Shown here piece after piece: positions 37,141 to 49,221 of a DNA stretch of 63,912 nt. The notes below the pieces were generated by a model. That model saw only the letters and a list, made by a program, of their open reading frames with translations. It had not been told where the DNA came from and searched no databases. This DNA comes from Elsinoe ampelina (taxonomy: Eukaryota): contig ML992512.1 in assembly GCA_010093995.1 (NCBI GenBank), positions 62,001 through 125,912 on the forward strand, in the 5' to 3' direction. The position numbers were made by a program, and so were the translations under genes. Position 1 is the first letter of the stretch. Every line of letters begins with the position of its first letter.

Positions 37141-38011
37141 TCACCCACCAAGACATATCCCCACAAAATCCTCCTGACTTATCATACCATCCCCATCCAT
37201 ATCAAACTCCTCAATCATCGCCTGCAGTTCCTCCTCCTGCAGCCCCTCCCCCAACTCCCTCGCCACCCGCCTCAAATCCGCAAGACTTATACTCCCCTTC
37301 CCCTCGGCGTCAAACAGCTGAAACGCCCGCAGTATCTCGTCCCTCGGGTCGCGGTTCGCGATCATCCTCGCCGCCAGCGCGACGAAGGATTGCTGCGGCA
37401 TGAGCAGCCGCGAGGGACCGGCGAAGGTGGGACGCGCGGTGGCAGGGGCGGTTTGGGGGGCTTTGGAGGCCGTGTCCGGGTGGACGGTGGAGTAGGGGAC
37501 GCCGTGGGATTGGAGGAGGGAGAGGATTTCGGTTTTCGGGAGGTCGAAGCCGAGGGCTTTGAGGGCGACTTTGAGTTCGTGGTAGTCGATGTGGAGGTCT
37601 TTGTCGAGGTCGAAGAGTTGGAACTGGAGGGGTTTGTTAGCTTTGGTTTCTGCGCCGGGATACGAGGGAGAGAATGCTGGTGTTGTGGGACTTGGTAGTG
37701 GTATACAGAGAACGTACAGCTTCGTTGATCTCTTCTCTGTGCTCTTCGCTCAGGGAGTCGAGGACTCCTCGGTCTTCTGCTTCTCGCCTTTCTCGTTCTG
37801 CGCGCTCTTGTCGCTCTCGTTCTAATCGCGCTGCTTCTCTTTGTTGCTGTGTGGCGCCTCCGAAGCCGCCTGTGGCAGGATATTGTGGTGCCTGGTATGG
37901 ATTCATGGCTGGCGCGCTGTATGTATTTTGTGGTGCCGTGGAACCTGGGCGGCCGAGGGCTGATTGATATGGTCGTGAGGGGAACGAGGGGTGCGCCGCG
38001 GATGATGCCAT
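37141..38011 (-). CDS. CDC31: Centrin (EF-hand spindle-pole-body protein)
   Basis: Intron 37717..37624. EEINEAFQLFDLDKD..IDYHELKVALKALGF, RDPRDEILRAFQLFD, LRRVARELGE and MIEEFDMDGDGMISQEDF. Confidence 0.93.
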
Positions 38012-38156
38012 TATGTTTTATCGTTAGGTTCTATTGGCCCCCTGAGACTCTGTACAGCTGTGACATTGATCAAATTGGCAATTCGAGTGTTGAGTATTAT
38101 GTGTGTTGTGCTCTGAGGAATGATGTGAAAGCTCGTGGGGCACCACTTTGGGATTG

Positions 38157-38185
38157 ACGCGTTGCGGCGCGAGGAGGCCGCGAAA
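38157..38185. promoter_or_regulatory. MCB (ACGCGT) and SCB-like (CGCGAAA) G1/S elements upstream of CDC31
   Basis: ACGCGT at 38157-38162 and CGCGAAA at 38179-38185, about 150-170 bp from the ATG. Confidence 0.45.
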
Positions 38186-38528
38186 CTTGCAATGACAAAC
38201 GAAAAGGTCTAGAGTTCCATGTCTTCTATATCACAATTATCGGACAGACCATGATACTGATGGCAGGCTGGTTGTCTAATATACATGGCCATACAACATT
38301 TGCCGACCTTGAGCAATGCCGAGGAGAGACCTCTACTCATTGGCATAGTAGCTCAGGCCGCTGAACTACCGCTCCCCTCCCGTCTCTTTCGTATGCACAG
38401 ATTGAGAAGGTCTTTCAAATCGACTTTGTCTGATGCCTATCCCGACCACAAAGTTGCGCCGAACAAATGCTTGACCCGTAACGCCATTCGCTACCATCGC
38501 TACCATAGAAAATACACCATCCCCCAGT

Positions 38529-38931
38529 CTACTTCTTCTTATGCGGTCCAACGATCTGCGGGTAGAATCGTCCAAGATGATAGTTGATCGTGTTCTTCTG
38601 TTGTGTCTTGGGTCTCTGCACCGTGGTCAGTCATTGCCTGCATGTGCCGGAGATGGTCCTCCACGTACAGGCGCATCCATACAAGCCCGCAATTGCTGCT
38701 CGAGAACTGCGCAAGCCTGTGCAGTGTGCCCAGATGACGCCCAGCATGCTGCATCTTATCAGTGTAGGTCGACCGATTTAGCACATATTACATACCCAGT
38801 ACAGAGGACATCACTCCCACGCATGGGCTTTGACTTGCCGCAGCATTCGGTCTGCGCACGCGGAGCTTGGGTAGAGGAGGTAGTCGAGGCGCGGCGGCCT
38901 TGGTGACCGGCTGTGTGTTTCTTACGACCAT
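38529..38931 (-). CDS. MRP10: Mitochondrial 37S ribosomal protein mS37 (twin CX9C)
   Basis: RLPPLPKLRVRRP; introns 38795..38749 and 38668..38616; CVGVMSSVLAC / CAVLEQQLRAC; NTINYHLGRFYP. Confidence 0.92.
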
Positions 38932-41758
38932 TGTGAGTGCTCTGCGGGACCTGGTCGATGGTGGCTTCTGCTGACCGGCCGTCAATTTTCTTGAGGAACA
39001 GCAGGTATAGCTTGGCGTCGTAGATCGCGGGCAAATTGTGCTGAGTCAGCCGACCTACCTCACATGGATGTCTGAACTTTCGTCCTAGTGCATTCTTTCC
39101 GATGCGCGCGCAATGACTCCAAATTTGCTCCGAGACGTTTATTTTGTCCGTGATGGATCTAATAGTTTTTGCGAATGGCGCCACTTTCACGAGCATGCAA
39201 GGCGCAGCACATAGCGAATGGGCGCATCTCTGGACGAAAGCGCAATGTGACAGCTGAGCTCAGTTTTGCCTTCGCTGCAAATCCGCCCACGCCTATTCAC
39301 CACTAATGCGGCACTGAGGATGGTTTGTCTTACCACAAAATGCGCAAGCCAAGCCATGCAGAGGCTCCACCGACTGTGCCACCACCTCAGCTGCATGTGA
39401 TCCGATCCCTCCCAAGGAGAGCCACTGACAGGTCTGGTAGGTGATTGGATCATCCGTGCAGCCGCTCCACACCACACTTGATTCCACATTTCGGGAACTG
39501 TTCTTTCTCTTTGTGTACATATCTGCTGGATGTGATAAATTTATCTCTGGCTGAAAACTCACAGCATCACCAAGAACTCAGGGTCGTCCTGCGTAGTCTT
39601 CATCTGTGTGGCCCAGAGACAAGACAATGAAAGGTACAAATAGAAGTATGCCTGCATCTACTGTTAGCAGCATAAGTACAACCACAATCAATACCATCAC
39701 AACCTAGCTCGATTCGCAGAATCCAAATCATGCAGGCCCCGCTGAAACGGTACTTCTTCGGAACAATCCTTTGGCTTTCGGCACTTCTGCTAGTAATTGG
39801 CGCGAGACACATCTACTCCAGGTGACTGGTTCAATCGGATGAACGCGCATGCTGGTAGCATGTTGTGGTATGTGAGCATCTGTAAGGCCATGTAACGAGC
39901 GCTAACGGCCACACAAGCTAGTTCACGTGGTCAGCCACCGGCGCTGGAAAGGGCAAATGGCATAGTCCTTTGACAAATCGGCAACGTGGCGTTCGGGTCT
40001 CATGAGACCGTATTAATGCTCGCAAGGCTTCCTGTCAGCTCGGATCTACAACATCTGTAGGTCCATGTCACGAAGTCTACAGCCGCTGCAACGGCTTCGA
40101 TTTGTGGGATGGCCAATTCCCAGCTTAACGAAATGTCAATCTCTCTGGCCAACTTTGCAACACTCTTTTTCATGCTCGTCTTTGGCACAGCTGACGACTC
40201 ATGATGGCATTGCCTGGGGTCGATCAAACGCCTGACTCTCCGGTTGTCCAAGTCTCCGCAGGAGCGTATCAATTGCCTGGAAATACCCAGGTCTGGAACT
40301 ATTCCTTAATTCACATAAGCCTCATTCGAGGCCTGGTGTTCGACCAGCGATTGAATGTCTCTGGTTAGGTCAGTCAAGCTGTTGAGAGCCAATCGGCAAC
40401 CCGAGGGCGACCCTACAAATCGACCACGAGTCCGGCTTCCCCATATGTTGCAGCCGTTGAACGCCTTTGGGCTTTTCCAAGTCCGACCATGAAGCTGATT
40501 CTTTGAGGAAAGCATTTGTCAATCAACAGAGGGGATCGTCACAGAGATCGTCGTGGTTCTCTCGGCATACGACACAATCAAACACCATCGGATCGACGCC
40601 GATAGCATCATCCATTGGTGGGGAAAGCTGTCAACCATATGGCCGACCTCTGAAAGTCCAGGTCTAGAGCGAACCCAAGCATTGTGGCTGCGGTGTTGCA
40701 TCGCTTGCTCCCGCTTTCTCTGGCTCCTACAGTCGAGCTTCGAATCCATGCCAAATCATGAGATTCTGCCGCAATGTGGCTGGCAGAAGTGGTTGATACA
40801 ACCGTTGCGCTGCCGTCCAAGTTACCGCTTTCGGACTAGCGTCAGACGCATACATGCCCGGTTTTGACTTCATTCCGTACACTGCTCGAGCACCACGGAT
40901 AATTTAGCAGACCTGCTGTCGCTCTGGGATCTTGAAGAGGCCTTCCATCGAGGAGTCCGAATGTAGCTTCATTACAGCCATGGAGGGTCGGTCCTCTCAT
41001 TGAATCAAAAGGCATCGGACTCCACACCCTTGCGCTAAGAGGATTGCTATGTTTCCCAACAATGCTTGCAACTTGTTCTTGTCTCAGGATCATCTGTGAA
41101 GATCTGTACTTGTTCTGGACCTTGCGACAGTTGCATGAAAACTGGCATTCCATTCTTGATCATGGAGGACCTCCACTCTCTGCCTGAGAAAGGCCGATCG
41201 ACCGTTGGGCGGCTCAACGTGCCTGTGCCAAATCGATATGGATAAGCATTAAAACATACCAACCAGCCAATGAAAATTTTACAACCAGATGCACCGTTGC
41301 GATCGCCCAAACGGTCAGTCGAGCCTTTGACAGGCACTGCTTAATGGGCTTTGGCGTTCGCAGTTCGATCTGCAGCAACGGCTTCCTGGAATATCTCATT
41401 CAGGCTCTGGACTTCACCTGTCTCAAACTGCAGTATTTGCAGCAATACCACCGGACTGAGTCAATAGCGTTTTCCAATAAACTCACAACGGTTGTCGAGA
41501 CGCATTCATGGTAAGAGATCATCAAGTATATAGAGGACGTGGTGGTCTTGTTGTCAGTCATTATCAGCATCAAACACAATCAGCCTCTTCAGGTCTGCTA
41601 TATACTCTCCTTCATAGCAGTGCAATATTCTCGGTTCCGACCATCAGTCAATCGCTACACGAGCACTAGTCATTCCTTCTCATCACACTCCACCTCGACT
41701 ACCCTCGAGTCTCTAATCCTCCTTCACCCTCATCCACACACACCCGATCCAAACCACC

Positions 41759-43618
41759 ATGCATAATCAAAAGGTTTTGGCCGCGGCCTTCATTGGTCTC
41801 GCGGCAGCATCACCTGCTCCACAGAACCTCGATCTTGCGGCTATCATCAACGCCCCTGCCGCAACCATCTCAGGTCCTTCTCTCGCCGCCATCAGCCAGA
41901 CCTCGGTCATCAACACCCAGGCGCTGATCGCCTCCATTTCCAACGCCGTCACTACCACTGCTGCTGCCAAGATCACCGGCGCCGCGGCAGCCAATGCTGC
42001 CAACATTGTCCCAAGTGGTCTGTCCAAGCGGGACACTGAGAGCAGCGGCCGTGTTGAGAAGCGTGGTCTCAGCCTTCTCGCCCAGCTCCTTGCTGCTTAT
42101 GGCCTTAACGTCAAGACCACCACGTCGTCCGTCGCTGCTGTGGCCACTTCTACTGCGTCAGTGACCAATGTCCTGTCATGCGCGGCTATCAATGCCATCA
42201 ACTATGCCACCTCCAACAACAAGTACACTGTTCGTTGTGGCTACGACGTCGCCACCTACGGCGATATCGGCAATGCTCTCGGTACTGGCTTCACCGACTG
42301 CCTGAGCAAATGTGATGCCTTCAGCGGCTGCTGCGCTGTTACCTGGTCCCAGCAATCCAAGATCTGCTACTTCAAGAACTTGAGGGGACTCAGCACTGCG
42401 CCAATGGCTCTCGCCGGCGCTGACATTGCTTTCATCCCAGCTCAGTACCCAGCCGGCCTTACTGGCATGACCACTCCTGCCAACACCGCTGCTACTGCGT
42501 CCGCCACCACTGCTACCACTGCTGCCACTACTGCATCTGTCGCAGTGGTCCAAAAGGTCGCTACCACTGCCAGCTCTGCTGCTTCCTCTGTTGTCAGCAG
42601 TGCGGCCGTCACCCCCTCTTCTGTTGCCTCTTCTGCCTCCGGCGCGGTCGCTGCTGGCGCCGGCTCCGCTACCAGCTCAGCTGCCGGCGCTTGTGCTACC
42701 ACTCCCGAGGACGGAACCTACTGCGGCTTCATCAATCCTGAGGATCCTTGTGCTCCCCAGCCTGACGGATACGGCCAGAACATCACCAACCCTGACACTG
42801 TCGATAACTGGATGGCCTATGCCCCGTTCCAGCAGCTCGCATTCCAGGCTGCTACCCCATCCGGCTACGTCAAGACCTTCAACAATCTGAACGCCTCTGC
42901 CTCTGCCTCTTCCTATATGGGTCTTTGGACTCTCAAGTCCTACAGCCCCTCGGACTGCGCTGCTATCTGCAACAACAACACCGGCTGCACTTCCTTCAAC
43001 ATCTTCATCGAGCGTGACCCCTCTCTCAACCCATGCAAGAACGACAGCACTGCTTACACTCCTTGGGGATACTGGTGCCCTCTTCCCTCATCCATCACCA
43101 ACTACAAGTGCACACTGTGGGGCTCCAACCTTGACGCCAGCGTTGTCACCAACGCCGGTGGATGGCGCGGCGACTTCAACGTTGTGATCACTGGCTCCAA
43201 TGGATACGACAAGACCAACGTCACCACTCCCGTCGCCATTGCCACCTACGACCCTCCCCAGAACTGCTCCGACAGCGGAATCAACGGCGGCTCTTACTGG
43301 CTCGGCAGCAAGTTCTTCGCTGGCGCATTCAACCCCCAGCTTTGCGCAGCGTACGCCAATGCCACTAGCGCAACCAATGAGGCTGCTGCTATCGCGGCTG
43401 GCCAGTCCAACTTTACTCCTTGCCAGATGTTCAACGCCTACCACATCTACAAGAACAATATCCCAATGGGTACCTACTGCTCGCTGTATAACGCTCAGCT
43501 GTCCACCAAGTGGGCGTCAGTCAAGGGTTCGTGGTCCGGCAACAACTACTACGGTGTTCGCAACTCGTGGCAGTACCAGTTGACGACCCCTCGCACTGGC
43601 AAGTGCGGTAGCTACTAG
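41759..43618 (+). CDS. Secreted Cys-rich protein with PAN/apple-like carbohydrate-binding modules and Ala/Thr/Ser linkers
   Basis: Signal peptide, two KR sites, PAN-like DCLSKCDAFSGCCAVTW...CYFK, and second module CAAIC...C.SFNIFIERDPS...KCTLWG. Intronless with strong C-ending codon bias. Confidence 0.75.
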   Translation: MHNQKVLAAAFIGLAAASPAPQNLDLAAIINAPAATISGPSLAAISQTSVINTQALIASISNAVTTTAAAKITGAAAANAANIVPSGLSKRDTESSGRVEKRGLSLLAQLLAAYGLNVKTTTSSVAAVATSTASVTNVLSCAAINAINYATSNNKYTVRCGYDVATYGDIGNALGTGFTDCLSKCDAFSGCCAVTWSQQSKICYFKNLRGLSTAPMALAGADIAFIPAQYPAGLTGMTTPANTAATASATTATTAATTASVAVVQKVATTASSAASSVVSSAAVTPSSVASSASGAVAAGAGSATSSAAGACATTPEDGTYCGFINPEDPCAPQPDGYGQNITNPDTVDNWMAYAPFQQLAFQAATPSGYVKTFNNLNASASASSYMGLWTLKSYSPSDCAAICNNNTGCTSFNIFIERDPSLNPCKNDSTAYTPWGYWCPLPSSITNYKCTLWGSNLDASVVTNAGGWRGDFNVVITGSNGYDKTNVTTPVAIATYDPPQNCSDSGINGGSYWLGSKFFAGAFNPQLCAAYANATSATNEAAAIAAGQSNFTPCQMFNAYHIYKNNIPMGTYCSLYNAQLSTKWASVKGSWSGNNYYGVRNSWQYQLTTPRTGKCGSY

Positions 43619-43891
43619 AGAGGGTTTGGAAAAAGGATTGTGTTAAATTATCATAGCATTCGGGCATTGGGTTTCACTTCATAATCACACCTATTTGGGA
43701 TAGCTTTTGGGAACATGTACACCATAGTGTAAAGTATTCGAATCAAGGCATAATCGCCAATTACCACAGAACCCTCTCCCTCTCTCCCCATGTGCTTGCA
43801 TGACCATCGCTCGGCCGCCCGGAACTGCCATGCATAACCAACCCCGGTCGAGCAGCCATGCAACACCCAGCAGCGCGGCCGCAACACGGCC

Positions 43892-45328
43892 TCATCGACG
43901 AAACACCAACCCCTGGACATGCTCATTAACAAAAACAGGCACAAAGTCCTCCACCATATACCACCTCGGCTTCTCCATATCCCCATGTACAATCCTCTCC
44001 CCCAACTTCAACCCTTCAAACACAACATCCCTCACGCCCCTCCCCCCATCATACCCCAGGATCTGCGACGCATTCACGACCCCCGACTTGTCCACCCCCA
44101 GACTCAGATTCCTGACGCGCACACGCCGCACCCCCCTGCCCGGCGCCGTGGTCCACATGGCGTTCTGCATGACGCGGATATTCACCAGCTGCCCGCGAGT
44201 GATCCTCCGCACGCGGACGTCTTCCAACGAGATATCCTCCAGCAAGTTCCCATCGCCTGCGTTGAGGGCGATGCACCCTTGGTACCACAGCTGGTGCTCC
44301 TCGTGGTCGAGGACGTCGACGTCGGAAATGTGGATGTTGCGTATGCTTGTGGGACGGGCGGGGGCGCCGTGGGTGCCGATGAGGATGGGGTGGGCGATGT
44401 CCGGGAGGAGAACGCAGGAGCGGATCGTGTAGTCGGTGGAGTCGCCGTGGTAGTCCCATCGGGAGCAGTTGATGGCGATGGAGTCGTCCGAGGTGCGGAG
44501 GAAGCAGTTCTGGATTGTGACGGAGGAGGTCGAGAGGAAGTGGAGTCCGTCGCCGTTGCCGCAGGAGGTGAAGACGCGGTAGTGGGAGATGGTGATGTTG
44601 GAGGATTGGCCTGCGAGGAAGCTGAAGCCGGTGGTGGAGAGAGCGGTGACGTCCCGAATGCTGATGTTGGTTGAGTCTTCGATCAGGATGGCTCCTTGCT
44701 TTTCTCTGATGAAGTCTGGTGAACTTGTCTTGTAGATGAAACCTGGACCGTAGACCCCTGAGTTGCTGACGTCTTTGAAGTGCAGACCCACGTCGAGGAA
44801 TGCTCCAGGGGCGAGGTAGACTGTCTTGTTGGATGGGACGAGTAATTTGCCGTTTACGACTTTGTCGTATGCAGTTCCATTGTTGATACCTGGTCCGAAG
44901 TACCAGAGGTTTTCCGTATCACTTGTCGGCGCGTCGACATCGATCCGGTTGATGAGCAAGTGCACGGCGTTCCATTTGTCATCGTTCAGAATAAGCATAA
45001 TATCCTTGGCTTCCTTGACGACGAAGTGAATTGAACTGGACTCTTTCACTTCCGTGTCAATGTTGTAGATTGAGGGGAGGATATCTGCTTGCGAAATGGT
45101 AATCTGCTTAGAGTGGACGGCAAACTCCACGGGACCGTCGATCTGCAGACTTGCTACGGAGATCGGATGATGCTGAAGTGCATTCTGGGCGAGATTCATA
45201 GTACCAGCTCCGGCGAGTATAGGAGCAACATCGTGCCAAACACTTTCCACGTTCCCGGCTTCTCGAACGTGAATGGTATAGTCGGGATGGGTCTCGACGC
45301 CACTCGGTGCAGGTATTGCGCTAATCAT
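43892..45328 (-). CDS. Intracellular pectin-lyase-fold (parallel beta-helix) glycoside hydrolase, GH28-like
   Basis: YFGPG, KTVYLAPGA, NGDG, TSDDSIA, AHPI and repeated NI.I.D/N beta-helix rungs. No signal peptide and no introns. Confidence 0.75.
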   Translation of the reverse strand: MISAIPAPSGVETHPDYTIHVREAGNVESVWHDVAPILAGAGTMNLAQNALQHHPISVASLQIDGPVEFAVHSKQITISQADILPSIYNIDTEVKESSSIHFVVKEAKDIMLILNDDKWNAVHLLINRIDVDAPTSDTENLWYFGPGINNGTAYDKVVNGKLLVPSNKTVYLAPGAFLDVGLHFKDVSNSGVYGPGFIYKTSSPDFIREKQGAILIEDSTNISIRDVTALSTTGFSFLAGQSSNITISHYRVFTSCGNGDGLHFLSTSSVTIQNCFLRTSDDSIAINCSRWDYHGDSTDYTIRSCVLLPDIAHPILIGTHGAPARPTSIRNIHISDVDVLDHEEHQLWYQGCIALNAGDGNLLEDISLEDVRVRRITRGQLVNIRVMQNAMWTTAPGRGVRRVRVRNLSLGVDKSGVVNASQILGYDGGRGVRDVVFEGLKLGERIVHGDMEKPRWYMVEDFVPVFVNEHVQGLVFRR

Positions 45329-45692
45329 GTTTCGAGATAATGAATCTTCTCGTGGCGTCTGTATCCCTCGCGGTGGAGAACACGTGAATATATGTATACA
45401 TGCCACCGTCTGAATGTGCCGTCGGGCGGGCTCCGACGGTTGCTCCGCGTCCCGAAGGCGAATATCTGGTTGAATATTTGACAGCTACGAAGATATCCAG
45501 ACCAAGAACGTCACGGAAAGCGTTCTCAGTACTGCTTTTTTGATCTTCCGAGGGGCGACGTTGTATTCACACCAGACGAGCTACCACGGTTCCAAGCAGT
45601 CTCCGAGAAGCGGACTCTCTAGCGATGCTGACTGCACACTCCAGTCCCTGCTTGTCGCCCGGCCCAAGTGAAGCATGCCCCCTGCCCATTAC

Positions 45693-47426
45693 TCAATAGA
45701 CATACCTGAAGTTAGGGTTCTCCAGATCTGTAAGATCTTGAAATGCCAGATCGTGAGACACCGCCTCATTGTTGTCAGACGTAGCGTTGACAGCCGCTCG
45801 CTTGACAGAGTTCCTGCGCATGAGGATGACCCGCGTGAGCACTACCATCAGTACGTACACTCCGTAGACACACATGTGCGCTACGAAACCGCGAAGGTAA
45901 CGTGGGGCGTCCTTCGCTTGGAAGATCTGTGGAGCGGCCATGTTACCTGCGGCCCAACCAACAAAGGTCATCGTGAGACAAGTGCTCTTCTTGGTCTGTC
46001 CACCGACGTTGCGCGAGATCAGTGAGATGATCATGTTTCCTTGGGCGGGGAAGAATTGAGTGCAGTAAAAGGCGATGAGAAGGCCACCGGCGTTGGACTT
46101 GTTCGGGGTAACGGTGAGGATAACGATGGTACCGATGACCGGTGGTATGGTCCATAACTATCGCCGTTAGATTCAATGCCGCGGAGTGGAGCGATAGCCA
46201 GGAAGCTTACCAGCATAGTGAAGCATGTCTGACCCCATCTCTGCGACACCCATGCAGCACCGACCATGACAACGACTGTAAGCGCGCCTTGGGCGATGTT
46301 GAGTAGTTGGGTCTGGAGATAGGTGAAGCCGAATTGGGAAATGATGAGGTTCGAGAAGACACCAAGACCCCCAATGACAAGATTCGCCACGATGATGAGA
46401 GTGACGATGCACCAGACGAATGGATCCGTGAGCGCCTCGACCACCTGGTACTTCTTATATACCCTGTTTTGGATGCCAGTCTCGTTATGGCGGACTCGTT
46501 CAACGAGCAGTTTTTTCTCCTCTTCGTTGAAGCACTTCGCTGCCATTGGGCTATCAGGCAGGAACAAGCCAATGACTACGGCCCAAGCGACTGTGGCGAG
46601 GCCGAGAATCATGAACAGCAGCTGCCAGGGAAACATGATGCCATTCGTGTAGTGAGAGACGCCGTAGGCAAGCAGACCTCCGACCATGAGTTGCACCTGG
46701 ATGTGTTCAGCTTCAGTCCTGTATGAAGAGCTCTACACCACTTACCCCACTCATACAGTACCATAGAGCTGTCAGTACAGATTGTTCTTCTCTTGTGTAC
46801 CACATCGCTGTGAGGACGACAAAAGTAGGCTGTACACATGATTCGAAGAGACCCAGCAAGAATCGGACCACCATGAGCGACGCAAAGTTCTTCGAAGCCG
46901 CGGAGCAAGCCACCACAGCGCCCCAGCAACCGACACTGCGATTATTAGTGATATGATGCGGCGGTAATGTAAATCGCCATACTTGACTGCAAGGAACTTG
47001 GCGATTGGAAGTTTCTGGAGGAGGAAGTTCTGTGGGTATTCGCCCACAAGGATACCCATGTACAGGATTGTGCCTAGCCAGCTGTACTGCAAGATGGTTT
47101 TAGTACAATTTCCCCAGTTCGCAGGTCTCGATACTCACGTCTTGCCCTGTGAGGTTGGCATCCTTCCTGATGTTCATGACCGAGGCAAAGTTCAGAGTCC
47201 CTTTGTCGAGGGACTGGCAGAAGTATGTCGCCAACATGATGATCAGGACCCGCCTGTTGACTTTCCAGTACAATTTTCGATTGGTAGCTTCATCGATCTG
47301 AATGTGCTCGCCAGCGTACTTTGCGACTTCTGCGTCTTCGGCGACTTTGTTTGTCGTGTAATGCTTTTCGCCGCCGGAGTCCTCATCGTGAGTGATCGAC
47401 AGCCGCGGGGTAAGCTCCTTGGTCAT
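45693..47426 (-). CDS. MFS transporter, anion:cation symporter (Dal5/allantoate permease-like) family
   Basis: Introns 47138..47087, 46982..46936, 46745..46697 and 46210..46158. QSLDKGTL, YSWLGTILY, RFLLGLFES, WYTREEQ, LPDSP, NVGGQTKK and DLTDLENPNFRYVY. Confidence 0.92.
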
Positions 47427-47747
47427 TGTGAGAAATCTTGTCCGAAGTACAGAAAACCAATGGAGTAAAGTAGTCGATACGGGGTGTATGGAAACTGGCT
47501 TGTCTACATTGTGAATCCGGGGTCGCTTCTATACCACTTGAGGGGCCGGTCTGCTTTCGGCGTCGGTCCGATACTTCATCCGATGGAAGATAACCACAGC
47601 ACGCCAATCGGCCACTCCCCGAGGAAGATACCGTTGCAATGCTTGAAGGTTCGATGGAGACATATGCTCCTCGATCACTTGTCAGACGGTCATTGATCGA
47701 AACATAGACCCAACCTCCTCTCAGTTTTCACTTTCCCACACGACATC

Positions 47748-49114
47748 ATGATGCAAACACCACCAAGATCGCCCAAACCAGGCGAGAAGATTGAATTGCA
47801 GCGCTTATACGACGCGTCAGTCTCAGCGAAGCTCTGGAATGTGGCTGCAAAGTCGCTGGGAGAAGTGCATCCAAAAGACCAGAACATCCGTTGAACCAGA
47901 CACTGACCATTGCAAACAGACCGATCCGCCCCAGATGATGCCAGAGTACACTTTGCCCGGCGAGAAGACTTACACGTACTCGCATGCAAGCTTCTGGACC
48001 TCGGGCTTCTTCGGCGGATCCCTTTCCCTTCTGCACGAGCGACAGCGACGTTGGCCGGATCGCGTACCTCAACACATCCCTGACAATGCCCTTCGACGCG
48101 CCTGCCAGTGGTGGACCCACGCATTGCACGCGGAAGCCTCCCGGACCGACTCGCATGATCTCGGCTTCATGATCCAGCCGTGGGCGCAGCTGGGCTGGAA
48201 GTTGGACCGCGATGAGAGATGCCTGGCGAGTCTCGTGGTGGCTGCAAACGCGTTGGCATCGAGGTTCAATCCAACCGTGGGCTGCATCCGAAGCTGGGAC
48301 ACCTGCTTCACGAGACGCTACGCCTTTGCAGATCCGCGAGATGACTTTCTAGTTATCATCGACAATATGATGAGTAAGGGCTCTGTTCCCGCAAGTCCGT
48401 TCCCGTGCGTGATGGCTGACTGCAAGACTAGACCTTGATCTGCTTTACCTCGTAGCAGATCTGCGAAAGGACCAGCGGTTGGCAGATATTGCCAGCAAGC
48501 ATGCCATGACAACACTTCGTTCTCACATCCGGGCCGACGGCAGTACTTGTCATGTGGTCAACTTCAACCAGCATGATGGCTCGGTCAAAGAGAAGATCAC
48601 TAACCAAGGCTTTTCGGACGATAGCTGCTGGTCACGCGGACAAGCTTGGGGCATTACCGGGTTTGTGCAATGCTATCGATGGACAAAGAACCAAGCTTTT
48701 CTCGAGGCTTCGAGGGCTCTGGCGGACTACTTCCTCGAGCGTGCGGCTAATGACAAGCTTCCGCCGTGGGATTTCGATGCGCCTGAAGGTGGTCCTCCGG
48801 ATAGTTCTGCAGCCATGATCACGGCGTACGGTCTATTGCTTCTTCACGAGGCCATCCCGAATGATACAAAGTACTTGTCGGCCGCACTTCAAATGACGCA
48901 GAATGTCGTTCGTCTCGCAATGACCCCCTCCTCAACGTACCCGAGTGACCCTCGGCAACCAAGGTGCGACGATGACGAGACTATTCTGGTCCATGCAACC
49001 ATCAACAATTACGAGTATGCACCGCGGAGATGGGCGGATCATGGGCTTGTATACGCAGATTACTTTTTCATGTTGGTCGGCAACAAGCTGTTGGAAATGG
49101 GATTGGTTGGATAG
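47748..49114 (+). CDS. Unsaturated glucuronyl hydrolase (GH88), cytosolic
   Basis: Introns 47865..47919 and 48374..48431. WTSGFF, HDLGF, IRSW, IIDNMMNLDLL, WSRGQAW, WDF, DSSA and YADYFF. No signal peptide. Confidence 0.92.
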
Positions 49115-49221
49115 AACTTTAGATCGAGAAGTCGTATGAATTCCAGTCGTCCGCTCCGTAAGAGCTGACTCTATGTGCCTGAACGTTGTCAATGCTTTAC
49201 TCCACAGTACTAAGCCGACTT

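Noticed and set aside
39000..41500. Short minus-strand ORF fragments that might be a decayed gene
   Set aside because: No identifiable domain and no consistent spliced frame; a tBLASTx search would be needed.
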